Assembly (NCBI GenBank): GCA_002104945.1
Contig: MCFH01000080.1
Coordinates: 124,001-188,000, forward strand
Source: Piromyces finnis finn
Lineage: Eukaryota; Fungi; Neocallimastigomycota
Direction of reading: 5' to 3'
DNA length: 64,000 bases
A model generated the notes under the pieces. That model did not search any database, was not told where the DNA came from, and saw nothing but the letters and a program-made list of their open reading frames with translations. How positions within the stretch are numbered: position 1 is the stretch's first letter; every line of letters starts with the position of its first letter. The position numbers were made by a program, and so were the translations under genes. Shown one piece after another: positions 30,820 to 45,004 of this stretch.

Positions 30820-32284
30820 ATGTGGCCATTTAAATCTGCTGAAAAAATTTTACTTAAAAAAATGGATATTAATCCATTTTATCCTTATATACTAAAAGAT
30901 AATGGTAAATCATCAAATATATATATATATATATTATGTTTTTATTCTTTATTTTTTTTGGTTTTCGTTTTGTTTTTTTCTTCATTTTTTTTTCTTATTT
31001 GCAACTAATTGTTGTTAAAAAAAAAAAAAAAAGTATAATTTTATTATTATTTTATACTCTATCAATATTTTTTTTTATTTATTTCATTAAATATATCATA
31101 ATTATTATTAATATAATAATATATATTTAGTTTAAAATATATATATCACTTTTCTCGTATTGTTAATAAATACAATATTTTTACATTATTATATAAATCT
31201 CATTTGGTTGGAATTGCCTATTTATATAGAATTAATTATTAATGCTAGAAATAAATATTATTGGATTTCTGTTATTCTAGTAATAATTACTCTTTCTGGA
31301 ACTTTAATTACTTGGCTTGTCAAAGGCTTTAAAAATGTATAAATATCTTCTAGAGAATAAATATATTAAAAACAAAAAAAAAATAATAATAATAATTGGA
31401 ATTAACTTTAAAATTATAAATATATAATAATTTCTTTTCTTAAAAATATACATATCTATCTATATCTATAGTTATTCTTTTTAATTTTTGTCATATCCTT
31501 TATCGCTTCATTAATTTTTAGTATTTCAAAACTTGGTATTAATATTTATAAATTGGTGGCGGATGAAGAACTTTATATTTTTATGAAAATTAATATATAT
31601 GGTAAAAAAGTTACCCTCAGTGATATTTATAACATTTATATAAGAGTAAAAAAAACAGGTAAAGATAATTAAATAATTTCAAAAGTATCAATAAAAATAA
31701 AAAAAAAAAAGAGATAAATATGTCTATTTATATTAATACCTTCAAGAATATTAAAAATTTTATTTTACTTTTAATAATATTATATAATATACCTATTATT
31801 AATCATTCTACAATTACTTTTCAAAAAAAAAAAAAAATAATAATAATAATAATAATAATAATAAGATCAATGGGGAACTAGAAAATACTATTTAATTTTG
31901 GGAGGTTATAAAATGAATCCTTTAACAATATCCGGGAAAACTAAAAATATTGAAGAATTAAGGAGATTGGGGGTGATGATAGCTGAAAATTTAAATATAA
32001 ACTTTTTCGATTATCCAAACTGTTCACCTTATCGTACGTACATATATTCTTCAAATAAATACTACTATATACTATAGTTCATCTTTTTTTTTTTTTTTCT
32101 TTTTAGTTTTGTTCTATTTTCATTAACTTTATTTTTATCTAAAAAAAAAAAAAATAAAAAAATAAAATAAAAATAATACTATTTATATACATTTATATCA
32201 TTCCATGATTTTATATATATTTAAATTAATCTAGATGCTATCATTCATTATCCACCAGATTATGATTATGAAGTTGTTTTATAA
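30820..32284 (+). CDS. TMEM249: TMEM249 / CatSper-theta-like two-pass membrane protein, 5 exons, about 200 aa
   Basis: Exons 30820-30904, 31230-31336, 31472-31658, 31866-32033 and 32235-32284 splice in phase. Product has AEKILLKKMDINPFYPY, two TM segments, IYNIYIRV...DQWGTRKYYLILGGYKMNPL and IAENLNINFFDYPNCSPYHAIIHYPP. These parallel remembered human TMEM249 (PERHLARRLKNNSFYPF; VYVRL...[46 protein letters not shown]). A possible extra last exon lies at about 32350-32400. Confidence 0.8.
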
Positions 32285-32903
32285 AATAAATGTTTATAAC
32301 TATATTATCTTTAAAAAAAGGAACTATAATTTTTTATTTTTCTCCCTAGATTATTGATGCCAAGGAACATCAAAACAATGACAAAATCACAAATATATAA
32401 TACAATAGATAGTATACCATGTTTTTAAAGTATTATTAATAAAAATATAAATTTTCACATAATTTTTTTTTTTTTTTTTTATTTTATTACTTATTAAAGA
32501 TTAATAATGAAATGTAAACTAACAGACTAACAGATATTACTTTAATGGATTAAATAAAATATTAAAAATTGCAATATTGAAATGAAAGAAAAATATATAT
32601 ATATGTGAATATGCAATATATAGATATTAATTAATTAATAATAAAAATAAAAAACTAATAATAAATAAATTAATAAATCAATATTGAAAAAAAAAAAAAA
32701 AAAAAAAATTTTTTTTTTTTTTTGATGTCTTGAAAATAAATAAATAAAAATAAATTATCATTTTCTAATTTATTGTATGTATAAATTTGACATAGTATTT
32801 AACTCAAATTGATTTAATATAATAAATGTCTAATAATTATGATGTTGTTAAAAAAAAAAAAAATGACGAAAGACAGTGGTATTCAAATAGCTTTTTTTTT
32901 TTT

Positions 32904-36332
<3,429 letters not shown>

Positions 36333-37790
36333 GGAATATATATTACTGATAATAATGTAATAATTCATGTTTTTAATTATGTTTTAAATTTTTAAATTTT
36401 AAATCTACTGATTGAATTGCTTATTCATTTTTTAAAATTAATGATAAATTGTAAAATGAATCAATTTAAAAAAAAGAATATAATAATAGTTATCATATTA
36501 AAATTAAAATCATTTATTTTATATACAATTACAATGTTTTCTTTTTTTCTGATATTTCATTTTTTTATGTAAATAAATTGGATTTTGATAAAATCTCAAA
36601 CAGAATTGTCATCTATAAACATACTTTTGAAAATTTGGAAAATGGAAGAATCAACAATGTAAAATTTTTAAATTCTTTGTATAAAATTAATATAATAGAT
36701 AATAGAGTATGAATATGTTTTCTTTTCAAAGAAAAAAAGGAAAAGAAATCCAAGCAATATTAAAAATACTGTTGTCGCTTTTGTTTTTAATAATGTATGA
36801 TTGAATTTGAAATTAATTTGAAGTATTCATGTTTTAATTTTCCATCACATAACTAATTACATAAAATATTTGTTTTTATATGTATATATGTATATAATGT
36901 GAGAGTTATTGAGAGCAATTAAAATAAAAATATCTAATTTGTATTGAATGTTTCATTGTTTAAATCTTTTTATAAATAATATATATCCATTATGGTAATA
37001 TTTTAAATTAAAAAAAAAAAATCCAAATTCTATCATTTAATCTCATATTACAAATTATTGTTGTAATTAGCTTTGATTTATAATACTACTAAATATATAT
37101 ATATTCAAGTAAAACAATTCATTGTAAAATAAATATACTCTAATTACCAATTAACTTCATCTTAATATAACAAATATAATTTATAAATTTTAAAAAAAAA
37201 AAAAATAACCACTTTAAAAAAATTTAATTCATTACTACTAAGAAAAATTAAAGTTTTCTTTAAAAAATTTTTAAAGGATTATGGTAATATAATATTAAAA
37301 TAATAAAATAAATTTTTAAAATATATAATTGTTTTTTTAAATAAATTTTGCTTTTTCGATTTTAAAATATACTTTAAACAATAATAATATAAAAAAAAGA
37401 AAAAAAGACTTGGTTTTTCTTTATAGTTTATTAGTATAATAAGCTCGTTTTCTATATTTATATTAACCTTTTAGATATATAAATAAGTAGCATTATTTTA
37501 TTAATAATAATTATTAAAAACTTACTCATTAATACCTTATTCATTCTTTTTTTTATATAAATATATAAATGATACATAGTTCTAACTTTTAGATAAATAA
37601 AATACTTACTTTTATAACTCAAAAAAGATTATATTAATTGAAAATGTGAATTTATTATGTATGTAATTACTATTATTATTTTAAACAATAAAATAAGGAA
37701 GAAACTTTTTAATTTATAAATAAATAATATACATATTTTTTATTTGAATATAAAAAAAATAAGCATTTATTATTAATTAACTATTCTAGC

Positions 37791-37946
<156 letters not shown>

Positions 37947-40900
37947 AGGCAAAAATTCAAATATTTTTTATACAACTATAATCATTTTATTTTATTAAAA
38001 TAATAATATAATAATATTATAGTATTAATTCTATATATTGTTTATTTAATCCATGACATTAATTATAAAAATTTCAAAATGTAAAATATTGGATGTCAAC
38101 AAATTTTGGTTTATATGAATAAAATATATATAATTAAATGAGTAATTATACTCATTTAATATATATATTCACTTATTTTTCCACTTTGTTTATCATTATA
38201 TAATGTTAAATATGTAAATAAACATTAATGTAATTTAAATCATTGATTAAAAATAACTAAGTTACTTTGGAATATATTTATGTAATAAATAAAGATCAAA
38301 CTTTTCTGTTATTCTTGTTTCTATTAGTACAAATTATTAAAGAGATAAAGTTTGATATATCAATTTTACTTTTTAGAATTATCAAAATGATTATTATTAT
38401 ATTTTATAAATGTAACATTTTTAAAATTTTATTTTTACATTCCTTTTTTTCTTAAATAACATTTATTTACTTTAAAAAAAAAAACATTATTAAAACTCAT
38501 TCAACATTTCCTTAACAAATCATCAAAGAAAAGAATTCTCTTTTAAACTTTTCAAATAGTTCAATCTGAATAAATTAAAATTTTTAAATATTAAATTTAA
38601 ATAAATATAAAATTCTATTTATTATCATTTTAATAATTAAAATTTAATTTGACTATTTTAAGGATAATTTAATGAACCTTCTTAGCAAAAAAAAAAAAAT
38701 AAAAATTTGAAAATTTTTAAAAATAAGATGATACTTTAAATAAGCAATTACTATTTACAAAATAAGATACTCTTACCAGGAGGAAGGTTCTAGCTTATTT
38801 GCTATGTAGTATTTTAATATATATAAATATAAAAATATTAAATAACTTCAAGTATTTTAAATGCTGTATTAGAATGAAAAATATTTAATTTATCTATTTA
38901 AAACATATTCATTTATAAAGACACTTTGCCACTTTAAAAGCTAATGTATCTAAAGTAATTCCATACAAAAAAATAAAATACAACGACATTATAGAATGAC
39001 TTTATTATAAATTAAAAATAGTATTCATTTTACTTTTATGTTAATTCATTAACTCTGAATATAAAAAAAATAATATATGATACAGAAATATTTTTATTTT
39101 AAATTAATAATTATTTATGAGTTAATATACAAAAATTAAATTTTGGCAATATAGAAAGAATCTATTTATATTTTGTGTTATATAACTTTCAAAAGTTTCT
39201 TATGAAAGCAAAGAGGAAAAACAAAATAATGAATGAATAATAGTAAATAATAAATAATGATAATAATCATTATTTACCCATTATTATTTATATAATCCTT
39301 TGCTTTTCTTACAACTATCTTTATAAATATTAAATCATCTTTGTCACACCCTGTTTAGATTTATTTAAAGTATTAATATTAATTATAGATTTAAATTTTA
39401 CTATTTTTTTAAACTTTTTAAACTTTCATAATAAATACTATTTAATATACTATTAATATATGTTTGTACGATATTGCTATATTAATATATTTTAATATGC
39501 ATCATCACTTATTAAAAATTCTCAATAAATATTGGTCAAAATTTTTAAAAATTTGATTTTTATAAATATTATCAAATCATATTCGTTCGGATCGGTAAAA
39601 ATAATAATTTCCAATTTATTCTTTTTTTAATTAATTTTTATAAACTTCATTAAATTATATATATAATATATACAATGATGATATATATTACATAATAATC
39701 TGATATATATTAAATAATATATATCAAGTAAATATACTTCTATTTAAGCATTTTTTTTTTTTTTTTTTAATTTTTTCTTTGCTTTGATTAAAATTATCAA
39801 AGTTTGATTGATAATAAAATGTAATAAAGATTATAATTATAATTATTAGGATTGTTATTAAAGTAATTACTTTTTTATCTTTTTCATAATAATAATGTGT
39901 AAAAAGGGTATGTTTCATTAATTTTACACAAAAAAAATGGTAATAAGTTATAATGAATTCTTAATTTTTTATAATTCCATAGTTATATATAGTATTATAT
40001 ATGCAAAGTAAATTTATATTAATTATTTGAAATGTATACTTTGTAACAAGTTTGTTTATAGATAAAATTGTTTTGGAGATAAAATTATAATAATAATAAT
40101 ATCTTTAATTATTATAGGAGCAATAATATCAATAATACTATTACCACCTTATTTTTTGTTTTCTTTTTAAGTTCTGAAATAATTTAATTTGAAATTTAAA
40201 AAGGATTCATATTCATTCCATTGATTGATAATTTTTTTTTAATATTAAATTATTACAAAAACAACAATACAAAAATTTGATATGATATTTATTAATTTGA
40301 TAATTGGATTGGACGAAATATACCCATAAAATAACCTACAATCTAGTACTAAATTTAACATTTCTCCATAATTTTAAAATATTATTTAATAAAAAAAAAA
40401 AAAAAGAAATAAAATATATTTGTTTTTTTATTATTATTTATTATTGCTATTGTTATTATTAATTATTTAGTAAAGGTATTAAAATTATGTTATTAATTAA
40501 ATGGGCCTTTTTATATAATAAATAGCTGTAATTAAATAATATTAATTAATTAATTACATAATAATAGTTAAGCATTTCAATTATTTAATTTTCATTGAAA
40601 TTCAAAAAATAATAAATAGACTACATTATTGTACTTTACATAAAATTGAGTATTTCATAAAATTATGGTTGGTTTATAGAAATACATCCCATAATTTGAA
40701 AATTATTATTTTTTTTTTTTTTACTACTATCCTTTTTTTCTTCTTTGCTAACGGCTTCGATAATAACCAAGTCTTTACCTCCAATTTTTCACCCTTTTTT
40801 AAATTAATATTACAATTTAAATTATATTTTTTTATCTTTATTATATTTTCATTTGTTTTAAAAGTTTTTGTAATATAAACAAATGAATAAATGTATAATA

Positions 40901-41255
40901 ACATAAGAAATATATTATAAATAAATACTTTAATTAAATATAAATATAATTGATTAATATTATAATATATGGGGAAAATTTTTTCAATGTAAAACAATAT
41001 AAATTTTACAATATATAAATACTCTTTATATATATTTTATATCGAATTAAATTAAATTTAACTTTTTATATATATTATAAAATAAGTAAGTAATATAAAT
41101 ATATTGATAATACATTATAATCATTGGATTATTATACAAGCTAAAAAAAATTTTATTGGATAAAAAAAAAGATATAAATAAAATATTTTTTCTTTTTTTT
41201 TTTTTCTTCACATCATATTTATATTATAATATTATTATATTATATAATATAAAAA

Positions 41256-43198
41256 ATGCAAGCTTTATTAAATCAATCAAACGGTTTACTCAAAAAGACT
41301 GCCTCTATTGGTTGTCAAAGAGGTTTAGCTTCTATGTCTGAAGCTATTAAGGAACGTATCAGATGCCCATCTATGCTTAAGAAGGTTACCAACAATCCAG
41401 AAGATGTTACCAAGCATCTTTTCGATGATATGCGTATGGGTTGGTCTGGTTTCACTGGTGTCGGTTACCCAAAGGTAATTAATAAAAACAATTATTATTT
41501 CTAATATTTCTATTTATTCCAAAATATCTATTGTTTAAATTTATTTTATTAAAAATAAATTGTGATCAATGAATAAAAATGTAAAAAATCAATTAATTAG
41601 TAAATTTATTTGAATAGTAATAAAAAAATAAGAGAAAGTGAAATGAAAAAAAAATAAATTAAAATTTATTTTAAATACTTATTCAATTTTACAATGAATA
41701 ATTATACATTATAAGAATGATAAGAATAAAAATTAAAAAAAAATGATATTTTTATATTAAATAGGTTGTCCCAGAAATGATGGCTCAACATGTTGAAAAG
41801 AACAACCTTAAGGGTAAGTTCGGTATCCACTTAGTTATTGGTGCTTCTGCTGGTGCTGCTGTTCACAACAGATTAGCTAAGTTAGATATGCTCAAGTTCC
41901 AAGCTCCATTCCAAAACGCTAAGGATGTTAAGACTTGTATTAACACTGGTAAGACTAACTTCGCTGATACTCACCTTTCCAAGTTCCCAGTCGATTTATT
42001 ATACGGTTACTACGCCTTAGATAAGAAGGTTGACCCAGAATTCCCACTTGATGTTGGTGTTCTTGAAGCTTCTGCTATTACTGAAGATGGTTTAGTTATC
42101 CCAACTGCCTCTGTCGGTACTTCTAACATTATTGGTCAAGTTTCTAAGAAGATTATTATTGAAATCAACACTGCTGAACCATCTTTCGAAGGTATGCACG
42201 ATATTGAAACTGAAAACCCACCAAACTGTGGTCCACTTATGATCAAGAGCGTTGGTGACAGAATCGGTACTAAGGGTATGAAGATTGACCCAAGCAGAAT
42301 TGTTGCTATTGTTGAATCTACTACCCCAGATAAGACTCCAAACAACACTAAGCCAGATGCTAAGTCTCAAGCTATTGCTAACCACATCGTTGACTTCTTC
42401 AACCAAGAAGTTAAGGCTGGACGTATGCCAAAGAGTCTTTACCCACTCCAATCTGGTATTGGTAATGTTGCTAACGCTGTTGTTTCTGGTCTTGTTGACT
42501 CTCCATACGAAAACGTTACTGTTTTCACTGAAGTTTTACAAGATTGTTTCCTTGATTTCTTCGACAAGGGTAAGCTCGACCATGCTTCTGCTACCTCTAT
42601 CCGTCTTTCTCCAGATGGTTTCAAGAGATTCTATGCTAACAAGGACAAGTACGCTCCAAGAATTACTCTTCGTTCCCAACACATCTCTAACTCTCCAGAA
42701 TTAATTAGACGTCTTGGTGTTATTGCTATGAACACTCCAGTTGAATTCGATATCTACGGTCATGTTAACTCTACCTGTGTTATGGGTACTCGTATGATCA
42801 ACGGTATTGGTGGTTCTGGTGATTTCCTCCGTAACGCTAAGTACTCTATTATTCACGGTCCAGCTTGCAGAAAGAGTAAGAACGATAAATTCGGTATTAC
42901 TACTGTTGTTCCAATGGTTACCCACTGTGACCACCCAGAACACGATTTAGATGTCTTAGTTACTGATGAAGGTTTAGCTGATATTCGTGGTTTAGCTCCA
43001 AGACAACGTGTTGACCGCATTATTGACAACTGTGCTCACCCAGTCTACCGTCCAATTCTTCACGAATACTACGATCTTGCTTACGATGAATGTCTTAAGC
43101 GTAAGGCCGCTCACGAACCACAATTACTCGACAAGGCCTTCAAGATGACCTTAAACCTCCAAAAGAATGGTACCATGAGAATTGACAACTGGAACTAA
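41256..43198 (+). CDS. ACH1: Acetyl-CoA hydrolase / acetate:succinate CoA-transferase (Ach1-type) with organellar presequence; one intron at 41475-41764
   Basis: GWSGFTGVGYPK|VVP, LQSGIGNVANA, MINGIGGSGDFLRNAK and HDLDVLVTDEGLADIRGL closely match yeast Ach1. Strong codon bias suggests high expression. Confidence 0.95.
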
Positions 43199-43955
43199 GT
43201 ATCTTAATAAATTAATTTAAATAGCCATCCCTCCTTTTTTTTAATATCTTAGAATTTAGAAAAAGAAAAAGAAATAAAAAAAGAGGATATATATCATAAT
43301 TAGAATATATAAAAATAAATATGCCAGTAAAATTATAATAAATAAAAGATTTATTTTTCTTTTTATTTATTTATTTTTATTTGGAATTTATTTTATTAGA
43401 AAAAGTAAAATATAAAGTAGTATAACAAAGTCTTTTTTGAGTATTCCAAAATACAAATTAAGAAAAAAATATTTCAAAGAAAGAAAGCTTTTATTTATTT
43501 TTTTTTTGTAAAAATAAAACTAATAATAATAAAAACTAAAAAATCAAAAATATATAAATTAAAAAATGCTAGTAAAATATTAAAATATAAAAAACTAAAT
43601 TTTAGGAAATTAAATAAAAAACCTTCATATAATAAAAAAAAATAATTTATTTTTATTATTTATAAAAAACCAATACACAAAACGAAAATACTAAAATTAC
43701 ATCTATCAAAATTTAACTATTATTTTTTTAAATTAAGAAAAATAACGGTTAAAGTATTTATATATAAAATAATTAATAAATAAAATTAAAAAAAATTTAA
43801 AAAAAAATTTGAAATATTTTATTTTGGTATTTAAATTTTAATAAAATTTGATTTAATCATTAATATTAAAGGATTATGAAATAATTTAGTGGAGATGTAT
43901 TTAAAATGGTATAATAAAGTTTATCATAATGATATTTTTTATATAAGCAAGACAA

Positions 43956-44037
43956 GTCAGTTTGTCCGAGTGGTTAAGGAGTTTGACTCGAAATCAAATA
44001 GGCTCTGCCTGCGCAGGTTCAAATCCTGCAGCTGACG
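43956..44037 (+). tRNA. tRNA-Ser (CGA), 82 nt, long variable arm
   Basis: GTCAGTT acceptor pairing with AGCTGAC, D-arm GTCCGAGTGGTTAAGGA, anticodon arm TTTGA-CTCGAAA-TCAAA, T-arm GCAGGTTCAAATCCTGC. Confidence 0.96.
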
Positions 44038-44042
44038 TTTTT
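44038..44042 (+). terminator. Pol III T-run terminator of tRNA-Ser
   Basis: TTTTT directly follows the discriminator base. A longer T-run lies at 44057-44073. Confidence 0.7.
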
Positions 44043-44111
44043 ACTTTGGATTTAAATTTTTTTTTTTTTTTTTAAAGAAAAAGTATATTCTATTCAACAA
44101 TCATTTCAACA

Positions 44112-44409
44112 CCCCCCTCTTGGGAACGTGCCTTCATTTATTTAATAAATGTAGTTTCTCAAGGGGGTCTACTCATGCTCATGGTACTGAGAGAGTAGAA
44201 AGAATTAAATCCAAGTATTGCGCAATGGATGCTTGGTGCCCTCTTAGGAATGTGCCTTCATTTATTTAATAAATGTAATTTCTCAAGGGGGTCTACTCAT
44301 GCTCATGGTACTGAGAGAGTAGAAAGAATTAAATCCAAGCATTGCGCAATGGATGCTTGGTTAGTCTTCAAGGGAAAATTATTAGGACTAAGCTCATGGT
44401 ACTGAGCGA
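44112..44409 (+). repeat. Structured hairpin cassette A: two 124-bp tandem units plus a terminal two-hairpin module
   Basis: Units start at 44115 and 44239. Each has hairpins CCCTCTTGGGAAC/GTTTCTCAAGGGG, TCTACTC/GAGTAGA and CCAAGYAT/ATGCTTGG. These are followed by TTAGTC/GACTAA and GCTCA-TGGTAC-TGAGC. Confidence 0.92.
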
Positions 44410-45004
44410 TTAAAAAACATTTTATTCATCAAATTTAAGTATTTGATGAATAAGTGAATGTTTGATTTTTCAGGTAAGTTTGTATAGTATTTAATTAGAA
44501 GAGTAATACATTTTGTTGCTGTATTTTTTCTTTTATTCATGTATTCATGTAGTACTACTCTTCTCTTGTAAGAATCCAATGTAGTCAACTTTAGCATTTG
44601 CATTGTACTTTTATATTCATGTAGCTATTGTTGTATTGTTTCTTGTAAGAGACTGATTCACTCTACATCATGTAAAAATACTATTCACAAGCTTTCTGGT
44701 GTCGACATTCTTGATTCAAATTTTTTACCAATTTAAATATTTAATGAAAAGTAAAGTCAAACAAGTTTAGTGTCAAAAAGCGAATCGAATTTACTAACAA
44801 CAAACCAAAACTAGAATTTTTAAAGAAAATTTACAACTAGAATTCAAAAAAAGAAACTTTAAACAAAGCATCGTAACAATTTTTGTACTATCCAGTACTT
44901 TTAAGAAGAGAGAGAGAGACAGATTTTTTTCCATATACGTTATATTTGTAATTTTTATTAGTATTTATTTTATATTCAATATTTTTTAATTAGAATTTAT
45001 TATC

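Noticed and set aside
42092-42943. Overlapping alternative-frame and antisense ORFs in ACH1, the 1031-aa gene and the LINE ORFs
   Set aside because: Shadow ORFs from stop-poor, codon-biased coding sequence, with no motifs.
44112-44409. Known self-cleaving ribozyme in the cassette (hammerhead, HDV-like, twister, twister-sister, hairpin, pistol)
   Set aside because: Only partial look-alikes. CTGAGAG is not CUGANGA. CCCTCTT-GGG resembles HDV P1'/P1.1 but there is no suitable L3 or P2. GCTCATGG recalls twister-sister but the GCAAG elements are missing. The AAGC needed for twister is not conserved between copies.
44394-44603. Antisense 69-aa ORF in the element 1 leader (ORF0-like)
   Set aside because: Short, no motif, and no counterpart seen in the element 2 leader. 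It cannot be supported without more copies.
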